Below are positions 29,667 through 40,251 of a DNA stretch of 64,000 nt, piece after piece. The stretch's first letter is position 1. Each line of letters begins with the position of its first letter. Location: contig CALSSD010000010.1 of assembly GCA_943788915.1 (NCBI GenBank), positions 496,001-560,000 on the forward strand, in the 5' to 3' direction. A program made the translations under genes and the position numbers. A model generated the notes under the pieces. The model was not told the DNA's origin and made no database searches. It saw only the letters and a program-made list of their open reading frames with translations. The DNA comes from an uncultured Acidimicrobiales bacterium (GTDB lineage Bacteria; Actinomycetota; Acidimicrobiia; Acidimicrobiales; UBA10347).

Positions 29667-29998
29667 CAGGGGGCCGTCTGTGCGTCGAGGAACCCTCGAT
29701 ACACACCGAGGAGCGCCATCTTCTGCTTATCGGTGAGCACCAGATCAGCAGCGATGGACTCTTCAACCGAAGGTACTTCGCTTGAATCTTCGTATAACCC
29801 AGCGAACTGGAGCAATGTTTCGGCTCGGACATTCAACGCCTCGGCCAAGGCCTTCAGCACCCGGACCGACGGTGCATGGAGACCACGTTCGAGCTGGCTG
29901 ACGTAGGGGTCTGACAGTTTGGTGAGCTTGGCCAGCTCGCGCTGGCTTAGTTCCATCATCTTGCGCTGGGCTCGGATGAACTCGCCCATCAACGCCAA
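29666..29998 (-). CDS. XRE family HTH transcriptional regulator
   Basis: GEFIRAQR..LSQRELA..SDPYVSQLERGLHAPS; start approximate. Confidence 0.88.
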   Translation of the reverse strand: MALMGEFIRAQRKMMELSQRELAKLTKLSDPYVSQLERGLHAPSVRVLKALAEALNVRAETLLQFAGLYEDSSEVPSVEESIAADLVLTDKQKMALLGVYRGFLDAQTAP

Positions 29999-30177
29999 GC
30001 TGCTTGGGGCGCCAGTCGCTTGCTCATGCCCCTGTACTCATGCCCCTGTAGTCATGCTCGGCCACCCCACGTCATTAGCCGCTGGCGAGTCACCCACGGT
30101 CTGCAAAAGATAGTACGCACTGTGCGTAACTTCCTAAGGAAAGTTCGGTTCGAGCCGACGGTCAGATATCGGTGGCG

Positions 30178-31323
30178 CTAGCGCAGGCCATGTGCCTTGT
30201 TGAGCTTTTCGAACTTGCCAGGATCAAGGGACCGGCCAACAAACGCAGGGTGGTCGGCCGGATAACGGTGTGCTCGATAGATGGTGACGCTTACGTCGCC
30301 GTTGCGCCGCTTGTTCTCGAACGGATTGATCCATTCCCACACGACGTCGCCGTCGCGAGTTACTTCGAACAGCCGGCCACTGGCGCCTTCACACACCAGC
30401 ACCGACCCGGACCACAGTCGTTCGGCACCCGAGATATAGCTGCTGAAGAACTGATGGACCGGTTTGCCCTTGTACGTCCAAGTGATCTCGCCGGTACTGA
30501 CCTGGATCTCGATCACTCGTGAGCTCGTCTCACCGTTGTCGAAGACTTGAATGTGATCATCGTCGACCCAGGTCACATGGTGCTGGCCGTGTACATCGGT
30601 GAACTTGAGCGTGAGTTCACCCGTCTTGCCATCGATGACGCCCACCCGATTCATCTGTCGGGCGCTGAACGCGATATCGCCAGCGGGGTTGACGTCGATC
30701 GAGTTGACATGGGTCCACTCCCAGCGCCTGCGGCTGGGGTGGATGGGATCCTTCTTGGGATCGAAGAGTTTCCAGATGCTGATCCTGCGAACTTCGTTGC
30801 CTGCCGGGTCGACCTCGACGAGATCGTCACTCAACAGTTGCGGTAGTCGCTCTCGGGGCAGGCGATGCCCACCCTTCACCGCTTTGTGGAGATGGTCATC
30901 AAGCTCGACCCATTCGGGCACCATCGTGTTGCCGTTTGGCAGACGCACGAAGTCGTGGTGCTGGAAACGGTTTTCATACTCCCAGACCAGATTGCCGTCC
31001 CAGTCGACTTCTTGCAGCGTGGTCTTGTAGCCACCTAGGCGGGTGACATGTCGCTCGAGCGGAGGCGGCTTCTTGGTGGGCTCATCCTCGGGAGCGTCGG
31101 GCAAACTCGGATCCGACCCGCTCATCAACAGATTGCCGTTGTCGAGCAGCCGTCCATAACCAGGGTCAAGGTTGTCGAACGTCCACCGATGAACAACCCG
31201 GCCTTCGATATCGAGGAGGTACGCATCGCGGCCATTGCTGGGAGTCACCAGTGTGTAGCCGAACGTCGACTCGTCCGGATCGTGATGGGTTAGACCCGTT
31301 GCTCGATTAACAGACCATCCCAT
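30178..31323 (-). CDS. Aryl-sulfate sulfotransferase (ASST) family beta-propeller protein
   Basis: QHHDFVRLPNGNT, WTHVNS, GQHH, VFDNG and YRAHRY motifs. Confidence 0.85.
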   Translation of the reverse strand: MGWSVNRATGLTHHDPDESTFGYTLVTPSNGRDAYLLDIEGRVVHRWTFDNLDPGYGRLLDNGNLLMSGSDPSLPDAPEDEPTKKPPPLERHVTRLGGYKTTLQEVDWDGNLVWEYENRFQHHDFVRLPNGNTMVPEWVELDDHLHKAVKGGHRLPRERLPQLLSDDLVEVDPAGNEVRRISIWKLFDPKKDPIHPSRRRWEWTHVNSIDVNPAGDIAFSARQMNRVGVIDGKTGELTLKFTDVHGQHHVTWVDDDHIQVFDNGETSSRVIEIQVSTGEITWTYKGKPVHQFFSSYISGAERLWSGSVLVCEGASGRLFEVTRDGDVVWEWINPFENKRRNGDVSVTIYRAHRYPADHPAFVGRSLDPGKFEKLNKAHGLR

Positions 31324-31367
31324 GCCCGAACCCTATGCGTGTCGTGGCCGAACGGCCAGATCCTGCG

Positions 31368-32582
31368 CTAAATGATGGCGGATTCGATGAACGGTTCGCC
31401 GTCGACGATCCGTGCGTGCCCGAGCGAGGTGAGGTCGAGGGTGCGGTACTCGCCGTAGGTGATGAGTTCGCTGACGCCTCGACCGATGGCAGGGGACTGC
31501 TGGACTCCGTGGCCGCTGAAGCCGTTGGCCAGCACGAAGTTGGCAACGTCGCCATGGGGCCCGACGATCACATTGTGATCGAAGTCGTTGTGGGCGTAAT
31601 GGCCGGCCCACTGTGTCTGAATCTTGATGCGCTCAAAGGCAGGGATGCGGTTGACGAGGGCCGGCCACACCTTGTCTTCGAAAATGTCCTGGTCTATCTC
31701 GTAGTCGTCATAGGCCACGGCTGGATCGATATCCGGCGTGCATCCAGCCATATAGGCATCGCCGTCGCTGCGGACATGGACGCCGCTTGGGTCGATGGTC
31801 AACGGCACGTCCCTACCCAAGTCTTCGGCACAGTCGAAGACGAAGGTGTACCGCTTGCGAGGTTCGACCTTCAGCTCAACACCAACCATGTCAGCGATCT
31901 GGCTGGCTCGGGGACCGGCTGCGTTCACGACGGTTCCGCATGCCACGGTCTCGCCCGAGGCCAGAGTCACGCTGGTGAGCCGATCCCGATCTCGGCCGAT
32001 ACCAACAACCTCGTTCTTCAGGTACTCGGCACCGTTCTTGCGAGCCTTCTTGCGAAACCAATCGAACATGGTGCCGCTGTCGAAGTACCCCTCGTCGACC
32101 AGGTTGTGACTTCCACAGACGATGCCGTCGACGTTGTAGAACGGGTACGCGGCCTTGATCGCTTCGGGCGACATGATCGTGGTGCCCGCCCCCAGCGATG
32201 CCTGCACTGCCTGGTTGATGCGCAAGGTTTCGGCAAAAGCCTCGTCGCCTGCCAGGTACATGTAGCCGAAGTGGTTCACATAGATTCCAGGAACCTCGGG
32301 GTCGTTGCCCATGTGGTCCTGGAAGTTGCGCACGAAGTCAGCGGCAAACTGGGAGATTCGGATGTTTAGCGGGTTCGCGAACTGCTGTCGCATGCAGCTG
32401 TTGGTGTGAGCCGTAGAACACTGTTCGAAGAGCGGATCCTTTTCGACGACAAGTATCGAGCCGTCGAAGTCAGGATTGGTCGATAGGAACCACGCCACCG
32501 AGGAACCAATGATTGCGCCACCAACGATGACAACGTCGTAGGAACTGCGGCGCGGTTCGCTCACGATAGGAAACCCGCTCAC
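31368..32582 (-). CDS. FAD-dependent oxidoreductase (DAO/sarcosine-oxidase-beta/FOXRED1-like)
   Basis: VGGAIIGSS, RQQF, VVNAAGP, WAGHY and NGFSGHGVQQSP motifs. Confidence 0.9.
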   Translation of the reverse strand: MSGFPIVSEPRRSSYDVVIVGGAIIGSSVAWFLSTNPDFDGSILVVEKDPLFEQCSTAHTNSCMRQQFANPLNIRISQFAADFVRNFQDHMGNDPEVPGIYVNHFGYMYLAGDEAFAETLRINQAVQASLGAGTTIMSPEAIKAAYPFYNVDGIVCGSHNLVDEGYFDSGTMFDWFRKKARKNGAEYLKNEVVGIGRDRDRLTSVTLASGETVACGTVVNAAGPRASQIADMVGVELKVEPRKRYTFVFDCAEDLGRDVPLTIDPSGVHVRSDGDAYMAGCTPDIDPAVAYDDYEIDQDIFEDKVWPALVNRIPAFERIKIQTQWAGHYAHNDFDHNVIVGPHGDVANFVLANGFSGHGVQQSPAIGRGVSELITYGEYRTLDLTSLGHARIVDGEPFIESAII

Positions 32583-34207
32583 CCGGCGGTGTGATCTTCT
32601 GTCACGTATCCCTGGGCAATGTCGTTCGCTACCGCATCGGGGTCACGGTCGGCCGGATCGCCGAATCCGCCGCCGCCGGGAAGTTCCATGATGAGCCGCC
32701 GTCCCGCTGGCACGAGTTCGCTTCCCTTGGTCGGGAACGGGGTGCCGTCGTCGAGGTACACCGCACCGGGTGCGCCATCGCCGCCGCCCGCTCGGCCCCG
32801 TGCCGGGTTTAGTACCCGGTCAAACATGGCCGAGAACTCGAGCTGATAACCGTCGACAGGTCCGATCTCGACCGTCTGGCCCAGACCGCCCCGGAACTTG
32901 CCGTCACCGCCGCTGTCGGCGCGGATCTCCTTGCGCCACACGACGACTGGCCCGATCTGTTCGGTGGCCTCGGCGCTCATCGTCATGACGCCTGACGGAA
33001 ACGCGGTTGCGGTCAGGCCGTCGAGTGTCGGTCGAGCGCCAGCGCCACCGCTGTTGAACATCAGCATTTCGATCGGCGGGCGCGGTTCTGAAGGGTCGGC
33101 GGTACGTGCACTGGCCTGGAAGTTCCACAGTGCGCCTGCACCTTCGGCAGGAATGACGCCGGAGAGCACCGGTGCCAGGGCGCCCAAGCACAAGTCGGTC
33201 ACGAAGTGGCCGATGACGTGGCGGACGGCCACCGGGTCAGGGTCTTGTCCGTTCAGGATTACGCCGGTGGGTGCGCTCACGGTGAACGGCAGTAACGACG
33301 CATAGTTGTTGGGCAACTCGGGAGCGAGCGCCACCAACATGCCGTAGGTGAAGTACGCCTGGGCATAGACGATGGGCACATTGATGCCGAACTCAGACAG
33401 GGGAGAGGTGCCGGTGAAGTCGGCGTGCATGCCGTCGTCGGACACGGTGATCTCAACCGCAAGTGTGATGGTCTTGTTGTAGCCGTCGACCTTCATCTCA
33501 TTGCGGTATTTGCCCCTGGGCACCCCCGTGAGGGCCGCCAATGTGGCCGACCTGGTGCGGTCGTACACGAACGCCGCGAGTTCTTCGATGTCGTCCATGT
33601 CGAACTCGGTGAGCATCTCGACCAGACGTCGCCGACCCGTTTCGTTCGATGCCGCAAGACCATGGATGTCACCGACGACCTGGTCTTCTTCGCGGACATT
33701 GATACGAATGATGTTCACCAGGTCGTGGTTGAGTTCGCCTCGGTCGGCCCACTTCATGATCGGGATTCGCAGGCCTTCTTCGTAGACCTCGCTTGCCTCG
33801 GGCCCATACCCTCGGCCGCCGATATCGACCACATGGGCGGTGGCAGCGAAGAATCCGATGAGTTCGTCCTTGACGAACACTGGCGTGGTCACGGTGATGT
33901 CGTGGAGGTGGCCGGTGCCCTTCCACGGATCGTTCGTGAGATAGATGTCACCGGGGTAGATGCGTTCGGGCCCGATGTCGTTGATGAAGTGGGGCACTGC
34001 AGCCGCCATCGTGTTGACATGGCCGGGTGTGCCGGTCACGGCTTGGGCGACCATGCGGCCCTGGCGGTCGAAGACGCCTGCGGACAGGTCGCCAGCTTCT
34101 CGCACCGATGTGCTGAACGCGGTGCGGATCAGGGTCATGGCCTGTTCTTCGAGGATCGAGACAAGCCGGTTCCACATAATCTGAAAGTGGACTTCTTGCT
34201 GGCTCAT
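32579..34207 (-). CDS. Hydantoinase B/5-oxoprolinase subunit
   Basis: RTAFSTSVREAGD, NDPWKGTGHLHD, HVVDIGG and PGGGGFGDP motifs. Confidence 0.92.
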   Translation of the reverse strand: MSQQEVHFQIMWNRLVSILEEQAMTLIRTAFSTSVREAGDLSAGVFDRQGRMVAQAVTGTPGHVNTMAAAVPHFINDIGPERIYPGDIYLTNDPWKGTGHLHDITVTTPVFVKDELIGFFAATAHVVDIGGRGYGPEASEVYEEGLRIPIMKWADRGELNHDLVNIIRINVREEDQVVGDIHGLAASNETGRRRLVEMLTEFDMDDIEELAAFVYDRTRSATLAALTGVPRGKYRNEMKVDGYNKTITLAVEITVSDDGMHADFTGTSPLSEFGINVPIVYAQAYFTYGMLVALAPELPNNYASLLPFTVSAPTGVILNGQDPDPVAVRHVIGHFVTDLCLGALAPVLSGVIPAEGAGALWNFQASARTADPSEPRPPIEMLMFNSGGAGARPTLDGLTATAFPSGVMTMSAEATEQIGPVVVWRKEIRADSGGDGKFRGGLGQTVEIGPVDGYQLEFSAMFDRVLNPARGRAGGGDGAPGAVYLDDGTPFPTKGSELVPAGRRLIMELPGGGGFGDPADRDPDAVANDIAQGYVTEDHTAG

Positions 34208-36327
34208 GCTGCGTCTCCTTCGTTGATGCGAGTAATCAATAATGAACCGTCGCTCTGCAGCACGGCCTGATGATGTGATCCCAGGATCGTGGTGGTTTGG
34301 GGTTCCACGATGATGGTGGCGCCGACGAGGGCGTCACCCGGTTCTAACGTGTCGCGCTCGACGATGCCGGCCGACACCTGCGCTCGCGCGACAGGGTCGT
34401 AGATATCGCGGTGACTGGTTGCGCTGACGACACGTGTTGCCGACAGCATCTGTTGGATCGCTGGGCGCTGTTGCACCGAGGCGACTCGGACCGACCAGCT
34501 GACGGCTTCGATTGGTAGATCAGCAATGGCTCGACCAAAGAACTCTTCGTAGGCCTTGGTGAAGACGCCGCCTAGATTCTCGGCCGCAAATTCGTCGAAG
34601 TCTCCTGCGCCGAGACGCACCGGGATCTCCCAGCCCTGGCCCTTGTAACGCATGGATACCTGACGCTCGACCACGAGTTCGGCATCGGTGCCTTGGCGGA
34701 CGAAGGTCTCTGCTTCGGTCGTGAGGTCATGCAGCAGCGTGTTCACAGCGGCGTAGTCGAACTCGTCGATACGGGTGTACAAGCTACGGATAGCTTCATA
34801 CGCGAAGGGGGCTTGCAGGAAGCCGATCGCTGATCCAACGCCCGCACCCGGCGGAACGATGCATTCGTCGAGGCCAAGTTTGTCCATGAGCCGGGTGGCG
34901 TGAAGTGGTGCGCCGCCACCGAATGCGACCATGGAGAAACCGGTGAGATCCTTGCCGTTCTCGACCGCGTGGACCCGAGCGGCATTGGTCATGTTCTCGT
35001 CGACAACCTCGGCGATGCCGATGGCAGCGGTCATGGCATCCATGCCCAACTGGTCACCGACCTGTGCGGTGATTGCTGCGGCAGCCTTTTCGGGAGAGAG
35101 TCGAATGTCCTTGGCCCCGAAGTTGTCGGGGTGAAGTCGGCCCAGTTGCAGGTTGGCGTCGGTCACTGTTGGGTGCTCGCCGCCGCGGTCATAGGCCGCT
35201 GGACCAGGTTCAGAACCTGCACTGTGGGGGCCGATACGGATCTGGCCGAGTGAGTCGATGCTGGCGATCGAACCACCGCCAGCGCCGATCTCGATCATCT
35301 CGATGACGGGGATCGAGATGGGCATGCCGCTGCCCTTCTTGAACCGGGTGGTGCGGGCGACCTCGAAGGTTTTGGCGGTCTGCGGCGTGTAGTCCTCGAT
35401 CAGGGCGATCTTGGCGGTGGTGCCGCCCATGTCGTAGCTGAGGACACGGTCACGGCCGTATCGAGCTGCCAACTCGGCCGCGAAGATCGCACCTCCAGCG
35501 GGGCCTGACTCGACCAAGCGAACCGGGAATGCTGCAGCGGTCTCGACACTGACCAGGCCGCCACCGGAATGAATCAGGTAGAGCGGGCAGTTGGCGCCTC
35601 GTTCGATCAGTTCGCTCTTGAGTCGCATGAGATAACTGGCCATCAGTGGCTGTATGTACGCATTTGCACAGACGGTGTTGAAGCGCTCGAACTCACGCAT
35701 CTGAGGCGAGACCTCGGAGCTGATTGACACCGCGATGTCGGGCAGTCGTGCGATGAGCATGTCGCGGAAGCGGCGCTCATGGGCGCCGTTGGTGTACGAG
35801 TGGATGAAACCGACGGCCACCGCTTCGTACCCTTCCGCTGCAATGGTTTCGATGACCTGTTGAGCGGCAGCTTCGTCGAACGGGATGAGCACTTCGCCCC
35901 GGGCATTGAGTCGCTCGGGGACCGTGTAACGATCCTTGCGTTCAATGAGTGGTGTGGGCAGCACGATGTTCAGGTCGTACTGTTCGAAGCGGCCTTCGGT
36001 GCGAGTCTCGATGACGTCACGGAAACCATCGGTGGTAACCAGGGCAGTCTTCGCTCCGTTGCGCTGGATGAGCGCATTGGTTGCCAAGGTCGTGCCGTGG
36101 ATGATTTGTTCGACATCGGCCAGGTCGATGCCTTGCTCACTGGCGATCTGTTCGATGCCTTGCAGGATTCCGGTTTCGGGGCCGTCCTCGTACGTGGTGA
36201 GGACCTTGGTGGACTCGAACGAACCATCGGGTAGCTCGATAACAACATCGGTGAAGGTGCCACCAACGTCGGCGCCGATGCGGTAACCCCCACCAGGCGG
36301 TTGGACCGGAGTTCGGGTTTCAGGCAT
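34204..36327 (-). CDS. Hydantoinase A/5-oxoprolinase subunit
   Basis: DVGGTFTD, HGTTLATN, ESGPAGG, DMGGTTAK and IGAGGGSIA motifs. Confidence 0.93.
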   Translation of the reverse strand: MPETRTPVQPPGGGYRIGADVGGTFTDVVIELPDGSFESTKVLTTYEDGPETGILQGIEQIASEQGIDLADVEQIIHGTTLATNALIQRNGAKTALVTTDGFRDVIETRTEGRFEQYDLNIVLPTPLIERKDRYTVPERLNARGEVLIPFDEAAAQQVIETIAAEGYEAVAVGFIHSYTNGAHERRFRDMLIARLPDIAVSISSEVSPQMREFERFNTVCANAYIQPLMASYLMRLKSELIERGANCPLYLIHSGGGLVSVETAAAFPVRLVESGPAGGAIFAAELAARYGRDRVLSYDMGGTTAKIALIEDYTPQTAKTFEVARTTRFKKGSGMPISIPVIEMIEIGAGGGSIASIDSLGQIRIGPHSAGSEPGPAAYDRGGEHPTVTDANLQLGRLHPDNFGAKDIRLSPEKAAAAITAQVGDQLGMDAMTAAIGIAEVVDENMTNAARVHAVENGKDLTGFSMVAFGGGAPLHATRLMDKLGLDECIVPPGAGVGSAIGFLQAPFAYEAIRSLYTRIDEFDYAAVNTLLHDLTTEAETFVRQGTDAELVVERQVSMRYKGQGWEIPVRLGAGDFDEFAAENLGGVFTKAYEEFFGRAIADLPIEAVSWSVRVASVQQRPAIQQMLSATRVVSATSHRDIYDPVARAQVSAGIVERDTLEPGDALVGATIIVEPQTTTILGSHHQAVLQSDGSLLITRINEGDAA

Positions 36328-37130
36328 TAGAGATCCTCCAGCTTTGGGAAGTCGGATGGGGGCATGATGTCGACGGTTGCGGATCGTTGTTGGGCGAGCA
36401 TGCCGCCGTCGACCTTGATGATGTCACCGGTGATGTAGTTGGCATCATCTGACGCCAAGAAGAGTGCGGCACCGGTCATATCGATGGGTTCACCAATACG
36501 GCCGAGTGGCACGTTCTCGCCCCGTAACCGGCGGGCCTCAAGGTCCATGCCGCTGGTGTCGATCGACCCTGGCATAAGCGCATTGACCCGGATGTTGTAC
36601 GGCCCGAGGTCGAGCGCCATGGCTCGGGTGAGTGCCTCGATGCCGCCCTTCGTGGCGTCGTACGCGGTGAACGCTCGGTGAGCACGGGTAGCGCCACCGG
36701 AGCTCATATTGATGATGTTGCCGCCACCTTGTTTAGCCATGATCCGAGCAACAGGATGCGACACGATGAAGTGACCGGTCAGGTTGACGTCGATAATGCG
36801 ACGCCACCACGCCTCGTCGGCATCGAAGAAGTGCAGCATGGGGCTGATAATGCCGGCATTGTTTACGAGCACATCGATGCGGCCGTGTTCGGCCATGACC
36901 GCGTCGATCATTCCACCGACTGCAGCGCTATCGGAGACATCGGCGATGCCGGCCATTGCCGTGCCGCCGGCAGCGGTGATGGCATCGACAACTTCGGTCA
37001 CGCCGGCGACACTGATGTCGTTGACAACAACCTTTGAACCAACGGAGGCGAAACGTTCGGCAAGAGCGCGACCAATGCCACCCGCGCCGCCGGTAACGAG
37101 GACCACTTTGTTGTTCAGTGATTCATGCAT
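36327..37130 (-). CDS. SDR family oxidoreductase
   Basis: TGGAGGIG, NNAGI and YDATK motifs. Confidence 0.92.
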   Translation of the reverse strand: MHESLNNKVVLVTGGAGGIGRALAERFASVGSKVVVNDISVAGVTEVVDAITAAGGTAMAGIADVSDSAAVGGMIDAVMAEHGRIDVLVNNAGIISPMLHFFDADEAWWRRIIDVNLTGHFIVSHPVARIMAKQGGGNIINMSSGGATRAHRAFTAYDATKGGIEALTRAMALDLGPYNIRVNALMPGSIDTSGMDLEARRLRGENVPLGRIGEPIDMTGAALFLASDDANYITGDIIKVDGGMLAQQRSATVDIMPPSDFPKLEDL

Positions 37131-37220
37131 GGTGTGTCCTTCTGTACAAGAGACGTTTCTGAACCGATTGAGCGAAAGAGTCGTTCGATCGGTGCAGAAA
37201 CGGGGAGTAGGGGCGGTGAG

Positions 37221-38732
37221 CTAGTTGATTTGGCGGTCCTTACCGTCCCAGAACGGGGCACGCAGCTCGCGCTTCAGGACCTTGCCGGGGCCTGACTTTG
37301 GAAGGGCGTCGGCCTGGAACGAGACAGATTTGGGCACCTTGTAGCCGCCAATCTTGCCTCGGCAATGATCGATGATTGCCGCTTCGTCGAGGTGGATTCC
37401 GTCTCGAGGGACAACCACAGCATGGACTGCCTCGCCCCATTGTTCGTCGGGGATACCGAAGACGGTGGCTTCGAGGACGCCGGGGTGGCTATAGATGGCG
37501 TCTTCGACTTCGGTGCAGTACACGTTCTCGCCACCGGACACGATCATGTCCTTGCTGCGATCGACGAGATAGAGATAGCCATCGGCATCGAGGAAGCCGA
37601 CGTCGCCGGTTGAATACCAGCCGTTTGCATCCAGTGCAGCCGCAGTCTGCTCCGGCTTGTTCCAGTAACCCACCATCACATTTGGGCCCCGGACGGTGAC
37701 CTCGCCGACCTCGCCGGTTGGAAGCACAGTGCCGTCGGCATTGCGTACTTGTAGACCGACGCCGGGAGGGGCGACGCCGCAGCTTTTCGCCCGTTGTGGG
37801 TCGGTCAAGAATTGGTCTTCATGACGGAACACCGCCGCAAGAGGCGATAGCTCGGTTGAGCCATACAGATGGATGTGTTCGCAACCAAAGATCTCGCAGC
37901 TGCGCTTGAGCACCTCGAATGCCACCGGTGATGCGCCGTGGGACAGCCACCGCAAGCTCGACACATCGCGGGGTTCTGTCGTCTGGGCCTCGACCATGGC
38001 TGCCAGCATGGAAGGAACTGCAATCGCGCCGGTGATATTTTCGGCTTGGACGAGATCGAGCGTGACGCTGGGGTCGAAGGCCGGTTGGACCACGTTGGCG
38101 GCACCGACCCAGATCACCGACAGAGTGCAATACACCCCAGCCGCATGGAACATGGGCGCCATCGTGAGATAACGGTCATCTTCGAGGAGGGGCTGAGCGA
38201 GCTGGGTGTGCACGGCGTTGGCCATCAAGTTGGCGTGGGTCAACATCACGCCCTTGGACGCACCGGTGGTGCCGCCGGTGTAGAAGAGGCCTGCCAAGGT
38301 GTCTGGCGTGATAGCCGGTTCAGCTTCGGGAGCCGCTGCCAGCAGGTCTTCGTACTCACCAGTATCGATGCGGATCACACGGTCGACAATGCCGCTTAGT
38401 TCAGGACCGGGGTCGCGGTCGGTGATCAGGATCTTGGCGCCAGCGTCTTCGGTGGCGTACACCAACTCGGGAATGGCCCACCGAGTGTTGTGGGGCACGA
38501 TTGCCCGATTGGCACACGGGATCCCTAGGAAGAGTTCAAGGTAATAGTCACTGTTGTTGGCCCACAGGGCTATTCGGTCGCCTGGTTCGCTGATCGACTC
38601 GAGCAGGCCTGCAACCTTGCGGACGCGTGTCGCTAGCTCGCGGTAGGAGCGCCGGCGTTCATCACAGACAACCGCCTCTCGGGCAGCAAAGAGTTGTTCG
38701 GCCCGCCGCAGCGGATCGCGCATCGTGTACAC
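37221..38732 (-). CDS. Long-chain-fatty-acid--CoA ligase
   Basis: YTGGTTGASKG, YGSTE, TGDVG, SGGENVY and GKVLK motifs. Confidence 0.92.
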   Translation of the reverse strand: MYTMRDPLRRAEQLFAAREAVVCDERRRSYRELATRVRKVAGLLESISEPGDRIALWANNSDYYLELFLGIPCANRAIVPHNTRWAIPELVYATEDAGAKILITDRDPGPELSGIVDRVIRIDTGEYEDLLAAAPEAEPAITPDTLAGLFYTGGTTGASKGVMLTHANLMANAVHTQLAQPLLEDDRYLTMAPMFHAAGVYCTLSVIWVGAANVVQPAFDPSVTLDLVQAENITGAIAVPSMLAAMVEAQTTEPRDVSSLRWLSHGASPVAFEVLKRSCEIFGCEHIHLYGSTELSPLAAVFRHEDQFLTDPQRAKSCGVAPPGVGLQVRNADGTVLPTGEVGEVTVRGPNVMVGYWNKPEQTAAALDANGWYSTGDVGFLDADGYLYLVDRSKDMIVSGGENVYCTEVEDAIYSHPGVLEATVFGIPDEQWGEAVHAVVVPRDGIHLDEAAIIDHCRGKIGGYKVPKSVSFQADALPKSGPGKVLKRELRAPFWDGKDRQIN

Positions 38733-38812
38733 CGTCGTACCTCCCGTATGGATCGGCGTGACTCCCTACGGTACTTTCCCGGCGCCTGTGGGCACGTTCT
38801 CGGAGGCAAACC

Positions 38813-38844
38813 AATTGTTACGTCCCCAGGGGTACATAACAATT
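38813..38844. repeat. Palindromic repeat copy 1 (GTTAC-TCCCCAGGGG-TAAC family)
   Basis: AATTGTTACGTCCCCAGGGGTACATAACAATT, 15 nt past the stop of the M20 gene. Confidence 0.75.
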
Positions 38845-38858
38845 CGGCTCGTCGACTG

Positions 38859-39959
38859 CTAGCGGCGGGAGAGGGTGGTGACCAGTCCGGCGACCAGGCT
38901 TGCCCTTTCGACCATGGCTTCAACGACCAGGTACTCGTGATCAGCGTGTGCACCGCCGCCGACTGCGCCAAGACCGTCGAGGGTCGGCACACCAATCGCT
39001 GCTGTGAAGTTGCCATCGCTGCCGCCACCGACGGAGGTGCCTTCGATTCCGGGTATGACGTCGCGGGCCATGGCGAACAACTCGGCCGATGCCGACTCGG
39101 GCATCGGCGGCCGGTTTACCCCGCCGGTAACGGAGATGGTGGCCTCGCTCAGGTGGGGTGCGAGGGCTGCAAAGGCGGCTTCGACACGGTCCTTCTCGTC
39201 GGCCGATTCGACGCGTACATCGACGATGACCTTGGCTGCGGCGGGAACGACGTTGTCGGTTGTGCCTGCGGTCGCGACCGTTGGAGTAACCGTGGTGCCG
39301 ATGTCAGGGCGACCGATAGTGGTGATGTCTATCACCTGATGTGATGCTTCGATGAGAGCGTTGACCCCGGCCTCAGGTTCGAGACCGGCGTGGGATGCTC
39401 GGCCCTTTATCTCGACGTGGAAGGTGCCGCAGCCTTTGCGGCCAATCTTGATTGCTCCGCCGTCGGCTGCTCCTTCGAGAACAAGCACGGCGCCACATGC
39501 GAGCGCTCGTTCTTCGATGAGCGCCCGGGATGCGTGCGAACCGATCTCTTCGTCGGCGCTCATCAGGATTTCGACGCCAGACCAATCGTCGACCATCGCC
39601 ACGCCATGTACGGCTTGCACGATGCCGCCGAGCATGTCAAACACGCCAGGGCCAGTTGCACGGCCGTCTTCGACCTTGAACGGTCTGCGCTCGAGTGTGC
39701 CCAGTGGGAAGACGGTGTCGTGATGGCCAAGGATCAGGACCTTGGGTTCGCCTCCACCAGACCAATGCACATGTGGCCCGGCAGCGCTCTCGATCAACGT
39801 GGCTGCTCCGCCCAGGTGCTTCTCGATGAGATTGGCGACGGCCTTGGCCGACGTGGCGAGGGCATCGAGATCTCGCGATGGCGATTCGATCTCGACAAGC
39901 GTTTTGAGGTCGGCAAGCATTGCATCGACGCTGGCATCGTTGGTCATCTGCATGGTCAT
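38859..39959 (-). CDS. M20 family metallopeptidase (glutamate carboxypeptidase-like)
   Basis: GHHDTV, GPGVFDM, DEEIGS, SHAG, GGGSDGN and GGAH motifs. Confidence 0.92.
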   Translation of the reverse strand: MTMQMTNDASVDAMLADLKTLVEIESPSRDLDALATSAKAVANLIEKHLGGAATLIESAAGPHVHWSGGGEPKVLILGHHDTVFPLGTLERRPFKVEDGRATGPGVFDMLGGIVQAVHGVAMVDDWSGVEILMSADEEIGSHASRALIEERALACGAVLVLEGAADGGAIKIGRKGCGTFHVEIKGRASHAGLEPEAGVNALIEASHQVIDITTIGRPDIGTTVTPTVATAGTTDNVVPAAAKVIVDVRVESADEKDRVEAAFAALAPHLSEATISVTGGVNRPPMPESASAELFAMARDVIPGIEGTSVGGGSDGNFTAAIGVPTLDGLGAVGGGAHADHEYLVVEAMVERASLVAGLVTTLSRR

Positions 39960-40251
39960 ACCGTCAATCGTAGAGCGGCGCCAGCAACCAACGCGACCCG
40001 AAACGCACACCCAGGGTCAGACCCTCTATGTCTGTTGCCGTCGGCGTGAAGGCAACGCTGGGCACCTCTGCCACAAGCCTCAGTGCTGAAACTCTGAACC
40101 ACCCAATAGCGAAGCGTGACGTATTGGGTGACCCTGCACATCACCAGTGAAGTTCGCAACCACCAATGCTTGACGCCGGATGCTTTGGCCCCTGGGTAGC
40201 GTCACGAGATGGTCACGGCGCATGTTGGAGCGGCTCGATACGGTGGCAGCG

